The position numbers were made by a program, and so were the translations under genes. DNA of 64,000 nt. It comes from Eledone cirrhosa. Lineage: Eukaryota. The notes beneath the pieces are model-generated. The model was not told where the DNA came from and ran no database searches. It worked only from the letters and a program-made list of their open reading frames with translations. Shown piece after piece: positions 29,209-43,880 of the stretch; position 1 is the first letter of the stretch; every line of letters starts with the position of its first letter. The stretch spans positions 21,266,001-21,330,000 of the forward strand of contig OZ024760.1 in the NCBI GenBank assembly GCA_964016885.1, given 5' to 3'.

Positions 29209-30098
29209 GGGCCCAAGATACTTGAAATCCTCGACTTGCTTGATATCACTGCCGTTGATTGCTTTGATGCTGTTGCCTGTATAGTTTAATATGTGTTCTG
29301 TTTTACCCTCGTTGAGATAAAGGCCAACGAGGGTGGCTGCTTCCTGGAGAGATGTCAAAAGTTGTTGCGCATTTTCTAGGCAATCTGCAAGAAGTGCAAT
29401 GTCATCCGTAAAGTCAAGGTCAGTGAGATGTTTAGAGGGGTGCCTAGAGCTCATGCGGGGTTCGATGGTTATACCTTTGTTATTGATTTTGTCAATTGAG
29501 AGTCTCAGGACGTAGTCTAGTGCAATGATGAAGAGGAATGGGGCTAGAGTGTCACCCTGCAGCACTCCTGCTGAGATGTCAAAGAACTCTACTAGGTCAT
29601 CAGGGGTGATGATAGTGCCACTTGTGTTAAGATACAGAGCCTTAATTGCTTCCACAAGTCTTGCTGGTATGCCATACAAGGGTAGAATTTAAAACAGAAT
29701 GTCTCTGTTTATGCTGTCAAAAGCTTTTCTAAAGTCAACAAAAACTAGAGCCATTTGTCTGTTGGAGTTTCTCATCTCTTCCACTACTCTTCTCAAGGCC
29801 AAAATCTGTGCAAGTGTAGATCTACCACGCCTAAAACCGTTTTGATTGATGCGAACGATTGAATCAACATACGGAACTATACGGTTGAGGATTAGCTTGT
29901 TGTAGATCTTCGCAGCAATGGGCATAAGTGATATTACTCGGTAGTTTGGGGGTGGATGAAAGGTCGCCTTTTTGGGGGACAGGAACTGTGCCTGCTTTTA
30001 GCCAGCTTGTTGCTTAAGGTGTCGTTGCAGATTGATAATAGGACTGAAATAAGGTTTGGGTCTTTCCAAATTATACTGGGTATGTTGTCGAGACCGGG
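29209..30098 (-). mobile_element. RTE LINE reverse transcriptase fragment
   Basis: QNGFRRGRST, FVDFRKAFDSI, GVLQGDTLAPFLF, DLDFTDDIAL, FKYLG. Frameshifted. Confidence 0.9.
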
Positions 30099-30166
30099 TT
30101 ATTATATATATACATACATATAGAGAGATAAACATACATGCACACATACATACATATATACATACA

Positions 30167-30990
30167 TCGGAACTCTCTGCGGAACTATCTACCTATGAGG
30201 CATGATGTAGTGGCCAAAACACTGTACAATTCAATCCGTAGTAAAGATAGCCCCGATGATAAACACATTACAAGCTACAGTAATGTGGAAGACATACATA
30301 TACATAATATGAAAGAGTACTGGTGGAATGTTCCAGTAAAAACCCCAATATAATTGTTTCTAGTTTTAGCACAAAGCCAGCAATTATCCCAGTACATTAC
30401 TGGTTCTTTATTTTATCGACCCCGAAAGGATGAAAGGCAAAGTTAACCTCGGCGGGATTTGAACTCAGTCCGTAAAGGGACGTTACTATGCTGTAAAGCA
30501 TGGCGTCCGACTCTCTACCGATACTGCCAATACGGAAACGAAGGCATGCACAGTAGTGGAAGTTAGCTGCCCAGCAGAACTAATGAGAAATCTACAGATA
30601 CTCCACTCTGATTATGCCTGTGATTATTGGGGCACTGGGATATGTTAGTAACTGCATCAATACAAATCTTGAGAAGCTGGGCTTCAACAGAAACAGAAAG
30701 AACACGACTAGTTAGGAAATTACAAGTATAATCCATTAATGGAACATTAAAAATATGTAAAACATTCCAAACATTCTGCATCTAATAACTGCATATGCAC
30801 ATGCACACTCAAAACATACACATCCACACATACAATAACATCCATACCTACACATGCATGCATGCAAACATACATACATATCTACCTAGTTGATGTTGTG
30901 TAAATTCCAATGAGAGAGTCTTGTGTGTATGTTAGAAACTGACTCTCTCTCTATTGGCAAAAATTTGTGAAAATATAAAACCAGAAGAAC
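30167..30990 (+). mobile_element. Second, internally deleted Dong/R4 copy with a SINE insertion
   Basis: Matches the 2668-2680 and 3397-4300 regions of the first copy (YLPMRHDV..EYWWNVPV, GT.KICKTFQTFCI*, 3' UTR). Confidence 0.9.
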
Positions 30991-31611
30991 ATACATACGT
31001 ACGTAGGACGTACATACATACGTACGTACGTACATACATACGTACGTACGTACATACATACATACGTACGTACGTACATACATACGTACGTACGTACATA
31101 TATACATACATACGTACGGACATACATACATACGTACATACATACATACGTACATTCATACATACATACATACATACATACGTATGTACACACACAGAAA
31201 ATATTGCAAAATATTAATGACGACGATATGATGGTGATGGAATGATATATGGTGAGGATGGGATGTTGATGATGATGATAAAAAAAACTATGCAGAAAAT
31301 AACTGTCCATGTTCGGTAATGTTTATTAAGTGTATCGATCGATCTCTATCCCAATTGGAACAGTTCAATAGGTTTACATGAGCAGAACTGTTTCGTTATA
31401 GAAATCCCTGCGAACACTTCCTGATCACTGGTTACTGGTCACTGCTTACAACTTATTTGGTTTGGTAACACACAGACACTAACAAAAGAAGGTGGACGAA
31501 CCAACGCCAGACTAGAAATAGCAGCTACGAGTGTCGGCTGAAAAATTCATAGGCTGACCAAGATGCTTTCATAGAATGACCAAATGATGTTTATTTTTCA
31601 ACACACATACG

Positions 31612-31654
<43 letters not shown>

Positions 31655-31659
31655 CATTA

Positions 31660-31985
31660 TCTATAAAAGACAGTGTGTGTGTGTGTGTGCATGTTCCATG
31701 TTTATACATTTGCACAATTTCAAACCGATTCGACTCAACGTCTGTAAGAATGTTGTAAATGGTCTAAGTTAGGTCAACGACTATTTATTTATTTCAAACT
31801 CACCCACAATTACGGAAATAATCGATAAAACTAAATACATGACGTTTTAACCCTCTAATACAATCTGATTACCTCTCTCTACTCACCTTAAAATTCGATA
31901 AAACTACATACATGCTGCAACTTTCTCTTATATACGCTTAAACTTACAAACTTCCTTTAGGAACGTCGAAGAAAGAAGAGAGAGT

Positions 31986-32060
<75 letters not shown>

Positions 32061-32594
32061 TTTGTTTTTGAGTCGAAACAACAATTATTCAAAAGCAACA
32101 GATAAATTAATTCAACAACAAAAAAAATAGCGATAAATCTTTTTTAAAACACCTCTCAACGAACTTGGAAGAAAGAAGTATCAGTTTATTTACTATACAC
32201 AATAATATCCTCTATGAGGTCACTAAACCTGCTAGAAACAGCAGCTAACTCTCCCCCATATCACACCCCTCCCTACTGTCTTAAATTTAGAAAACACACA
32301 TTAAACAACAATGCTGAACAACTCCATCGCAGCTCTGTTGTTCGGCTGGCATCGTCTACGCGCGTGTTGCGAAAGTACTGTGAAACACTAAATTTCAACA
32401 CTTCTTTGCACAGAGATAATATCCTTAGGCGAAACTACAATTGTCACTGCTGACGCAGCTCCTGCTTCGGCAGTCCAGGTCTGCAATTCATTCACCCAGT
32501 GCCTGGCAGACAAAAAAGTGATGCCATAAAATGGGTGGTGCAACCTAAATTTGGTAACTTACTGACCCCGAGCAACGCCGGGCTTTAATGCTAG
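31660..32594 (-). mobile_element. Helentron/HINE-like non-autonomous element; other termini at 32882 (+), 35465 (+) and 42240-42442
   Basis: Hairpin terminus CCCGAGCAACGCCGGG..CTAGT at 32567-32594 and a microsatellite-bearing opposite end (ATCTATAAAAGACAGTGTGT..). Confidence 0.55.
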
Positions 32595-34740
32595 TATATT
32601 ATATATACACGAGTGTCAGCTGGAAACTTCATAGACTAACTGAGATACTCTTATGGAATGATCAAATAAGATTCATTTTTCAACTTAGTCTCTGTGAAGA
32701 AACAATGCAGTTATTAACAAGAAGAGTTGAAATTATTGCATGCAAGATTTCACAGCCCTAGAATCACTCCTTCATAGTCAGCCTATGAACTTTTCTGCTG
32801 ACCCTAGTATATATCTTGTAAATTACACCCTTCCTCATCTATTTGCCTCCAATACACAGGTGGACGAGCCAAATAGTAGCTACTAGCAGAATGGCCCGGC
32901 GTTGCTCGGGATTCGCTCTAGGGTTCTTATATATTTGATATATATTTATCCTTCTCGAGCCTCGTGAAGTAAATACGTTTGTTTATATTTTGTTATTGTA
33001 TATACAAAAATATCTGTACACAAATATAGAAATAACAGTACAGAGAATTAACAAACCACATAAAACCACATAAAACCACATAAACGAGATATTCTTGAAG
33101 AGTACAAAACATCACTATGGCTGCATCACATTATTGAAATATTTACACAAATATTGCAAATTTTCCGAACAATCTGTCCAGTAGTAAAGATACTAGAAAT
33201 ACTTGAATTGACAAACTAAATGAAAAAACTCCACCAACAAGACATCGTTAAAAACATTTTGAATTAACAATGTTTTTAGATATTTTCTGCTAAATCATTT
33301 GAGGATGTTAAAAGTTAAAGATGCATTGTAACCAAGTATACCAACTGCACCACCAGATGCAAAAAGTCAAAAGTGTTGGTAGTGTAACAAAGGTGTGGCT
33401 GTTGCATTGATGAGGTTACCAAGTACACCAGCTGCACAACCAGATACAAGGTAGAGGTTATATGTTAGGTAAGAACTCTGTAACAAAGGTGTCACAGTTA
33501 CATTGTTGAGGTTACCAAGTGCAATTCGCCTTGCATTAACACACGTGCCAACGAGAGAGGTGTGTCTCTGTGTGTGTGTGTGTGTGTATGTACGTGTGCC
33601 TGTCTATGTGTATATATGTGTGTGTGTGTGTGTATGTCTATATGCGTGTATGTACGTATGTCTGTGTGTGTGTGTGTGCGTGTCTATGTATGTGTGTATA
33701 TCTGTGCGTGCATGTCTGTATGTGTGTGTGTTTATGTTGATCCTCCGTCAGTTACGACGATGAGTGCTCCAGTTGTCCGATCATCGTGAAGGTAGCGTAC
33801 AAGTGGCTAAACATTCCACAAACACATGTACCCTTAACGTAGTTCTCAGGGAGATTCAGCGTGACATGCATTGTATGACGGGGCTGACCCTTTACAACTA
33901 ATTCTTTTTTCCAACTGAGTGGAGTGGATCAACGTGAAATAAAGTGTCTAACTCAAAGTGTCTAACTCAAAGATACCGTTCTACTAACACTATGGATTCT
34001 CTTCACGAATACAGTCTTCTAGCTACTATTCTCTCACATTTCTCACTCACTCGACAGACAGTGAATTAGAGAGATGGACTGACCACTGCAACAGAAACCA
34101 CGTTTGCTAAGGATTACACTCCTTTCGGGAGTAAATAGATCTGAAAGTGAACGACTTCTAAAGGTCAGCTCTTTGTTCTCAAAGCTTGGGGACAGAGGAA
34201 GCGACATAGATAAATAGCCTGTCTTGGACCAGACGGCAACAGCTTGAAGCGATTCTTGATAGATAGACGAAACACATTAACCATTTCTTTCTACAGACCT
34301 CTAGGGTCTTACATACTCTTACTCTCTCTTTCAATCAATCTCTATCTCTTGGTCTCTTAACTAAGCCAGTGAAGTTCATAAAGTTTTCTTGGTAAATACA
34401 ATTTAATTCTACTTTTACAAACAAACAAATAACGTCCGTAATTCTCGTGTATTTTTCGTATAGCTTCGGCGTGAGCTAATTTCAATAAATTAATAATATA
34501 ACGGTTTGGTGTCATCGTGGTTCATTTATATATATTCATTTTCTGCGTGATCAAGGAACGATCATCATCATCATCTTATCGAACACTTAGTCATTTACCT
34601 GCACACATACAAACTCTGGTTATACTGTAGCACACAACTGTGACCAGACGACACAGCAAGCTACAAGTGAGTACACACACGCAACAAATGAATCAACACC
34701 TCAACACAATCAACTACCAACTACGACCAACAAACAATCG

Positions 34741-34784
<44 letters not shown>

Positions 34785-34823
34785 ACAAGAGGCTGGACTG
34801 GTGTAATTCCTTAAAGGTTTATT

Positions 34824-34881
34824 ATACTATGAACATTTCAATGACCGGGTTCAGTATGAATCCGGTGACATCATCAGGTAT
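34824..34881 (-). ncRNA. Type-I hammerhead motif
   Basis: Minus strand: ATAC-CTGATGA-TGTCACCGGATTCA-TAC-TGAACCCGGTCATT-GAA-ATGTTCAT-A-GTAT. Confidence 0.6.
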
Positions 34882-35171
34882 TCGAAATTTAACAAAGGAA
34901 TATAATCCATGGGGCTGAAAAGGCAGAGAGAAAAGAAGGCGGCCACACATTTACCAGTTTCTAGTTCGGTCGGCTGCCGTACGTACATGAGTTCGCATGT
35001 GCACATGCGTATGAGTGACGTTAGGTAGTATGTGGAATCTGAAAGCAATTATATAATATATATCCTGGTGTGCAGATTAATATATATTGTGTAGATAAAC
35101 AAAGTAAAGTTTCTAACATGTGCATCCTTTTCTCTGCCAGGCAATCAGGCAGGCTGCCTGTTTCCGTGCCC

Positions 35172-35311
<140 letters not shown>

Positions 35312-35589
35312 CACACGCAAGGAGAGCAGGCAGAAAGTAAGAAAGTACAATGAAAATATTTCCAAACCTATATTATTGTGTACCATGAGTAGAACAATCT
35401 CCATTTAGTAATTCAAGCAGCACCTTCTTTTGTGAATGGGATGTATATATATATATATATATATACTAGCTGAGGTACCCGGCTTCGCCCGGGAGAACAG
35501 AAAACGACTGTATTGGATGTGTTGTCTGGTATGAGGTGAGACCGTAATGTGTGAGTGTGAGAGAGAGAGAAACAAAGAAAACAGTCATA

Positions 35590-35810
35590 AAAAATTTCCT
35601 TATTAGACTGAGGGAGTAAGCTGCCGATTAAATGGTAGCATTGGCCTTGGGTTTTAAATGTTGTGAAATAACCATAGTCAGTATGATCTTTTTCAGCTCC
35701 AAAGTACGTCATCTGCAACACAGTAATATACAGCATAACATTGCTTCTGAAGTGTTTAGCTTCATTAGTATGGTCTGTAAGTAGTATAGGGATAAAAGCT
35801 GGAGGGTAGA
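35590..35810 (-). mobile_element. Helitron Rep-helicase N-terminal fragment
   Basis: AKHFRSNVMLY..LQMTYFGA..FKTQGQCYHLIGSLLP resembles the Helitron RepHel motif SKHF..NIR.YN..FQMTSFG..FK.QGQ.YH.IGSLLP. Confidence 0.75.
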
Positions 35811-35956
35811 TTAATTTCAAAAAGTATCAATTTTTCTTTGTTCTGTAAAATCAAAGACTGAAAAACGACTTTATAAAAACTAACGCAATATTGTTAAACC
35901 TTCCTATAGATCAAAGGATCCATAGTTTAAGCCGTTTCTAGACTTTCGTCGGACAT

Positions 35957-36021
<65 letters not shown>

Positions 36022-36520
36022 TAATAAAAACTAACGCTATATTGTTAAACCTTCCTATAGATCAAAGGATCTATAGTTTAGCCGTTTCTAGACTTTCGTG
36101 GAACGTTACTCTCTCTCTCTCTCTCTCTCTCTGAATATCTAACACTTTAATTGCATCTCTCTCTGTATAACAGTCTATCTCTCTCTTTCTGCCTCTCCCT
36201 CTGTGTCTCCCTCTCTCCTTAGATGTGTGTGTGTGTGTGTAGTTTTCGTGTGGTTCGACCAACCAACCACCTAGCCAACCGGCCAATAAACATCTTTTAT
36301 ATTATATATAGATATACGAGAGTAAGGTCTCCAAAGCGATGGGGGCGCAGAGAAACTGTTCGTACGGCTGTTGGCAACACTGTTGTGATTGGTGCTTCCT
36401 TCACTCCCAAACAAGCATGCGCGCGCTTCGCTGGGATGCTCAATCTTGGCTTGGCAACCGTTGAGAATGGAGCTCCCGTTGAATGCTACCGCCAAGTGCG
36501 AAGTTCGCTCAGTTATTATA

Positions 36521-36700
36521 TACGAGGGCAATCCCAAAAGTAAGGTCTCCTTCCGAGGAAAACATGCGTAAAGATCGGCGGATCGCTCTGGATGCTCTCT
36601 GCATTTTGGTTCTTGAGGTTTCCCGAAGCACCATCCACAGGATTTTAACGGAAAAGTTGCAATATCGGAAGGAGACCTTACTTTGGGGATTGCCCTCGTA
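36521..36700. mobile_element. mariner-type MITE
   Basis: TA-CGAGGGCAATCCCAAAAGTAAGGTCTCC ... GGAGACCTTACTTTGGGGATTGCCCTCG-TA. The interior resembles a mariner HTH fragment (VSRSTIHRILTEKLQYRK). Confidence 0.85.
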
Positions 36701-36809
36701 TATGAAAGAGTCGGGATCCCGACCGCTGAGCTCTTGCCGCCATTTCAACAGCTAGTTCCAGACTCATATATATATATATATATATTGTATATAAAATATG
36801 TAAAATATA

Positions 36810-36864
36810 TATGTAAAATAAACATATATAAAGTCTCGCTTTGAGGGTTTTAAGTCGTGTCTGC

Positions 36865-36934
<70 letters not shown>

Positions 36935-36989
36935 GCAGACACGACTTAAAACCCTCAAAGCGAGACTTTATATATGTTTATTTTACATA
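36810..36989. repeat. Palindrome with 55-bp arms centred on (TA)n
   Basis: TATGTAAAATAAACATATATAAAGTCTCGCTTTGAGGGTTTTAAGTCGTGTCTGC and its exact reverse complement flank the (TA)n tract. Confidence 0.9.
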
Positions 36990-37072
36990 AATATGTCGTA
37001 TAAACTTTCATATACATCTCTGTTACGCACACACACACACACACACACACACGCATATATATATATATATGA

Positions 37073-37124
<52 letters not shown>

Positions 37125-37352
37125 CTACTACTACAACAACTAATAATAATAATAAAAATAATAATTGTTTCTACTTTTGGCACAAGGCCAGCAATTATCC
37201 CAGTGGATTACTGGTACTTTATTTTATCGACCCCGTAAGGATGAAAGGCAAAGTTAACCTCGGCGGGATTTGAACTCAGACCGTAAAAGACCGTAACTCT
37301 ATGCTGCAAAGCATGGCGTCCGACTCTCTACTGATACTGCCAATCCACCGCC

Positions 37353-37395
<43 letters not shown>

Positions 37396-37489
37396 TGTTT
37401 CTACTTTTGGCACAAGGCCAGCAATTATCCCAGTGTATTACTGGTACTATATTTTATCGACCCCGTAATAATAATAATAATAATAGTGG

Positions 37490-38110
37490 TTTCTTTATTG
37501 GCCACAAGGGCTAACATGAAAAAAACATTAGAGACGGCACAGAACGGTACAGGACAATACAAAGTGGGTTTTGGCCGTGTAAGAAAGGTTATAATAAGAA
37601 GATAGAAATGTTTAAAAACAAACAAAAAACAATTCAAACAACAAAAATGCCCCAAAAGGGGGGAAACTTCCGAGGGTCACTCGTGATGAAGACCACACAA
37701 AAGACCACGGCCACCCTGACCGCCAGGGCAAGCGCCCTCTCTCAGTTCTCCCACTCCTCAGTCTACAGGCGCATATTCAGAACGGGCTCGTTCACTCGAA
37801 CCAGATTCGCCACTTTCAGCCACCTTTCAACAAACTTACTAGAAGACACCACTTGTCTCTCTCTCTGCCCTGATTTTGCCCTTCAAGTGAAATTTGAAAA
37901 AAGTTAATCAGGGATTCGCCGAAGAGGAAAGTGTCCGTCTTCAATCCGTTCAACCTTGTCCACCATACAATCTCTTTCGCCATGGCCACCAGGCAGATGA
38001 AAACTGACTGCCCTTCCTCCTCCTTAAAGGAGGGTGGCGGGGCTATCTGCACAATGGACTCAGTCGATAACCGGATCCGTCCTACATGCGACAGCAACTG
38101 TTCGACATAG
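37490..38110 (-). mobile_element. Tx1-like LINE 3' end
   Basis: LWSYVEQLLS..FICLVAMAKEIVWWTR, followed by a 3' UTR with AATAAA and an (ATT)n tail. Confidence 0.7.
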
Positions 38111-38463
38111 CTCCACAAGTCATGAATTTGGAGGGGAATATATATATACACATATATTTCTACATCTATATATATATATATGTGTGTGTGTGTTTGCATG
38201 TATGTGTGTTGCGTGTGTCTGTGTGTGTAGTTCCCTCTAATTTCAGTTGTCATTATGCACAAAACTCTTATCTGGTATAAATTATTTTTCCTGTGGAAAA
38301 TATGTACACACTGAATATATAATTAGTGCATAATCAGTCTAATTTTTTTATTGATATATTATTTTAGGAAAGCAATCTTTTGTGCGCATATTAATTTTTT
38401 TTACACTGATTGTGGGTCGTGGGTACGTACACACACCTCTCACAGCTGAGAGGGGACAGTGAC

Positions 38464-38495
<32 letters not shown>

Positions 38496-38518
38496 TAGTA
38501 TGTATGTATACATACATG

Positions 38519-38567
<49 letters not shown>

Positions 38568-39250
38568 GGAAATCAGTAAAATCGAATCTCTGGCGGTTTG
38601 CAGAGTTAGCAAAGCACTCGATAAGATAGGACCTCAGAGTAATAACATACGTTTAAATAGCTTGACAAATCGAACATTGTGGTAGGCGAAACTAACACAC
38701 AATATATACCAAAGTAACGATAGAACTAATCAGGTTGAGAAAAGTACACCTGGACAAATCAAACGATCAATCGTTTAAAGTGTTTCTTTGAATCCGAAAT
38801 CAAATATCAGACTTACGTGAATGGCAAGCTTATGGTATTGGTGATCGAACGGAGGATTAAGTTTATTTTTTCATTTGATATTTTGGCTTCTAATTTCTTT
38901 ATGTTAGTTGAGCTTTTTAAGTTGAATGGTTATAGGCTGCTATTTTTAGCGGGTTTTTTTAATCCATTCAAGCCACTATGTACTGTCTGGCGCGCATGTT
39001 TACGTTCTGTCACCCTGTGCGATATTTCAGTTATCTAAAGTCTCTTTAGAAGTATCAACCATATTGTCTTTACACCTACCGATGAGTCCTGAGAAGGTAT
39101 AGTATCGACACTTTTTATGGCGAAACATTCTCTTCTTTGAGTTTGTCCAAGTATTTTATAGTTATTATTGGAGCTACGGGTTATATATCAACCCGCTTGG
39201 ACCAGGATGATTTCTCAAGAATGAAACAGTTCTAGTCCTGTAGAATCTCA

Positions 39251-39305
<55 letters not shown>

Positions 39306-39809
39306 AAATGTGTGAGATCCTTGGTACAGTTAGGTATATTTGAAAAAAAGCAAAATAGTGACTTCAGTGTTAACAAATTTTGATTTAATTTTATAATACT
39401 ATAATTGTTTCTACTTTAGGCACAAGGCCAGCAATTACCCAGTGCATTACTGGTACTTTATGTTATCGACCCCGTAAGGATGAAAGGCAAAGTTAACCTC
39501 GGCGGGATTTGAACTCAGAATGGCAAGGGCCGTAACGCTATGCGTCAAAGCATGGCGTCCGACCCTCTACCGATACTGCCAATCCTAATATTATGAGTAT
39601 ATGTGTGTGTGTGTTTGTGTGTGTGTTTCTAAGTATGTATACATACACATATACATACCAGTCTTTTGAGTCTACAGCAACAGACGACTCTGACTCACTA
39701 TATATTAACTTCCTATCTGTCTCGTCTTACAAGATACTATATTGTGCATGTAAAGGATTCCTTCGGCATTGTCCTGTCTTTGGTAATCTTTACATCCATG
39801 TTAGGTAAA

Positions 39810-39868
<59 letters not shown>

Positions 39869-39953
39869 AAAAATTGAACAGGGACAGAACAGAGAGGCAG
39901 TACGACAAATGTTTATTAGATTCACGCTCAGGAGAGTGGGGGGTAGGTGGAGG

Positions 39954-39985
39954 ACGACGTTTCGGGCATAAGCCCTTCTTCAGGT
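39954..39985 (-). ncRNA. Minimal hammerhead core (stem I mostly lost)
   Basis: Minus strand: CTGAAGA-A-GGGC-TTAT-GCCC-GAA-ACGT-C. Confidence 0.55.
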
Positions 39986-40270
39986 AAGAGTTCAAAAGGT
40001 GTGTAGGGGAGTGGTGGAGAGACATATAGCGAATATATACAAATAAAGATTCGGCGAGAATCGCATTTTCGGCGGGCAGAAAAAGCGAAACGAAACGCAA
40101 AAATCAGAAATGATACTGGCAAAGTGCTCAATAGTTAAAAACCAGAGCTAAACAATATGTTAAGAAGCCATACAAAACTGAAAAGGTGGTCAAGAAGGCA
40201 TTAACCACCCAAGTCAAAAACCAAATCAAGCTAAACAGGTCAAAACAAAATAAATGATAAAAAATAAATG

Positions 40271-40349
<79 letters not shown>

Positions 40350-42469
40350 AAAAGAGTCAGGGCCCGACGGCTGAGCTCCGTACTATTACCCACTCTACTA
40401 TCCTAAGTATCGAGTACTCTGGTGCGTTATGGTCCACCTCGATCCTTACCACACTTCCTTCGTTTTATATATATATATATATATATTTTAAGGAACGATC
40501 GACTTTTTTTTTTTTTTGTCAAATCGGACCGAGGGAACAATGTTTCCGTTGGTCTTTCCAATTGCTAATACTATCTATCGGTCGCAACTCCAGGTAGAAG
40601 GAGCAACGTGAAATAAAGTGTCTTGCTCAAGGACATAACGCATCGCCTGGTCCAGGAATCGAACTCACAGCCTTACGATTGCGAATACAATTCTCTAACC
40701 ACTCAGCCACACGCCTTCACTATATATATATATATAGGAACAAGTAAGACCCCGACGGCTGAGCTCAAGCCGTTTCGACGGCTAATTCTGGACTGCATTC
40801 AGTCCAGAATTAGCCGTCGAAACGGCTTGAGCTCAGCCGTCGGGGTCTTACTTGTTCCTATTACCCACTCTACTACCCTAAGTATTGAGTACTTTGGTGC
40901 GTTATGGTCCACCTGGTTCCTTACCACATTTCCTCCGTTATATATATATATATAAATTAGCGAGAATCGTAATTCGGCTTAGGAATAAACGAAAAACAAC
41001 CTCCGAGATGTGTGGCAAGCGCTCAATGATTCAGATGAACCAGAGCTACAACATAGGTTAAAGGCCAAACACACTGAGACGATGGTTAAACAAACATCTG
41101 CACAGCCAAAGAAACGACCAAGTAATTCGGGTCAAACAATAAAAATATGTGATATATATATATATATATATATATGTGTATATAAATAAACATTTATATA
41201 TACATACAGTAAAATTCCGTTATAACGAAATTCACGAAGTATAAATAAAATTCGTTGTAACGAAAAATTCTTTATAACGAAATCAACCTAAGACAATGAG
41301 CGCGTGGCCGGGAATTGAAAAAAATTTAATTATACTGAAAAATTCGTTATAACGGAATTTATTCCTTTTTCTAGCAGATTATACGTATATGTGTGTGTGT
41401 GTGTCTGTCTGTGTGTCAGGTCGCCGATGAGTGTTATTAGTAACATGTAGCCCAGCACAACCTTTCCCATGGTCGGGTCGTCGGTGACTGAACCAGCAAC
41501 CAAGCTTGCTTGGTGAGGAGAGTGATTTTTGGACACCCTCCGGGATGAAAGACAAAACCCGTCAAAAGGGCAGAGGAACTGTTGAAAGTCAACGGTTGGA
41601 TTCGTGGCATACTTCTCTACCAATCCTATGTTATCAACATTTCCAAACCACCACCACCACCGCCGCCACCACTACCACCGGCACCACATTACCACCCGCC
41701 GCTCCTACCACCACCACCACCACCACCACCGTCACTACCACCACTACAATTGCGGTCACCTCTACTACCATCACTAGTACCACTGCCAACACTATCCCAG
41801 CACCACCACCACCACAACCACCACCACCACCACCACCACCATTACTAAAACCATCATCACCACCATCACCACTACCGCCGCCAACATCACGACGACGACG
41901 ACCACACCCCTCCACTACAACCGACCACTGTCGCCACCATCACTGCCACCACTACAACCACCGCCATACTAAAGTGTATCAATAATAGTTCTATTGTAAA
42001 TCCTATTTTCACTACCCCACCCCATCAGCCGTTGCTCTTGTGCCTATATCCACAGTGAATAATGTTGATTGTTAGTAGTAGTAGTAGTAGTAGCAGTAGC
42101 AGTAGTAGTAGTAGTAGTAGTAGTGGTGGTAGTGGTGTTGGTAGTAATCGTAGTTGTAGTAGTAGTTGTAGTAGTAGTTGTATATGAATAGGCATATCTT
42201 GTCATTTACCTATGGTTTAAATTTTATATAAATCGAAGGGAAAACATTTTCGACGGGGGCTTGTGGCCCCGGGGAACCCTTTGATTAAAATGAAAGATAC
42301 TTTTCCAAGTACCCTGGGCAATATAGTTTCAGAATATATATGGTTATGGGGGGGGGGGTCTGTCTCCAAAACCATAGGAGGAGTTCGTGGACAAACAAAC
42401 AAAACACAAACAGACAGGAACTACAACTTTATATATATAGATATATATATGTGTGTGTGTGTGTGTGTG

Positions 42470-42720
42470 TCTGTCATTAGGGCATCAACATATGTTAACC
42501 TTGGTCTTCCTCTTCCAGTCTGTCCATGTAGGGGCTCCCACAGGAGCACTGAGTGCAATGTCAACTCTGGATGCCGGTGAGCATGTCCAGCCAACCTCAG
42601 TCTCCTCTGTGTCACTTTTGAGCTGACTTTTGGGAGGCTCCCATACAGCTCTGAGTTCAGTGTATACTGATTAATGTTCAGAGCCATCCTCAGCATTCTC
42701 GTGTAGCACCTATCCACCAT
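42470..42720 (-). mobile_element. RTE LINE 3' fragment
   Basis: RMLRMALNI..RRLRLAGHAHRHPE..RGRPRLTYVD. Confidence 0.85.
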
Positions 42721-43614
42721 ATTTATAGTGTTGAGGTTACAACCAACGAGACAGAATCAGTATACAAAGGAGCCTCATAGAAATGGACATGAAAGGAATT
42801 TGGCCACTATACAGGAGCAAATCATGGAATAGCTTAGATAGGACTAAAGATAGGGAAAACCACTTCATGGTACGATAACCAGAGATACCAAAGTGTCATG
42901 TTAGTGGATGCTACTCCCGAAGAGAAATTAGCTAACCAATGTAGAAAAGCCCTAAGAAAGACCCATTTGAAGATTAAAGTGGTAGAAAACCAGGAACTAC
43001 CATAAAATCCCTGATCAGCCAGACATACCCCTTTAAGAAAACCCACTGTACAAATAAGAAATGTGTTATATGTAAAATGTAAAATGAACCCCCAGATAAA
43101 CTGAAAAACTAGAAATGTTGTCTGTAGCATAAAATGTACGGAGGGGACTTGCAGAAACATGACAACGACATATATAGGTGAAACAGTTCGAAGCATAGGA
43201 GAAAGAATAGACCAACACTGGGGGGAACTAAAAGGACAACAAAAAATTCGGTTCAGTACTATATGAACACGCCAGACAAAGACATGACGGTAATATATAC
43301 AACATAGAAATTAAAATAATATCCAAGCATGACTCAACAGGTAGGCAAATCAGAGAAGCAACTGAGATAGAACTAAGAAGACCGAAGTTAAACAGAAAGA
43401 AACGAATGGAATAACAACAACAACCATACCCAAACAAACAATACTGACTTAAGGAAAATATAAATAAATAAATAAATATATACACAAGTACAATGACAAC
43501 AAACACATATAAACACACACTAGTGAATAAAGATAGAATACAAAAAGAAAAACACATACACTCAAACACGAACAAACACACACGCAAACGCATGCGCAGA
43601 GACAGAGACAAGAA

Positions 43615-43645
<31 letters not shown>

Positions 43646-43880
43646 AAATTAAAATGGCGTAGACATACAATACAACAGGAGGAAACATAATAGTACCACT
43701 GATGATGTTGCAGATGTGCAACGAAAGAACTTTGATAGACTATATTTATATCTGTATTTTTAACCGTTGGTCAGTCAATGATAAACATTGATTGCCAAAT
43801 AAATTAACTATGGAGATATAAAAGATACAGAAGCGAAAACCAACCAAACAGTGAGTGAGTTCTGTTATTATTTCTGGTAA
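42720..43880 (+). mobile_element. Penelope-like element 3' part (degenerate GIY-YIG endonuclease plus pseudo-LTR)
   Basis: NVVCSIKC...TYIGETVRSIGERIDQH, VLYEHA, RQIREATEIELRRPKLN. A hammerhead motif lies downstream. Confidence 0.85.
43694..43737 (+). ncRNA. Hammerhead motif in the Penelope pseudo-LTR
   Basis: TACCA-CTGATGA-T-GTTGCA-GATG-TGCAAC-GAA-AGAACT-T-TGATA. Confidence 0.7.
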
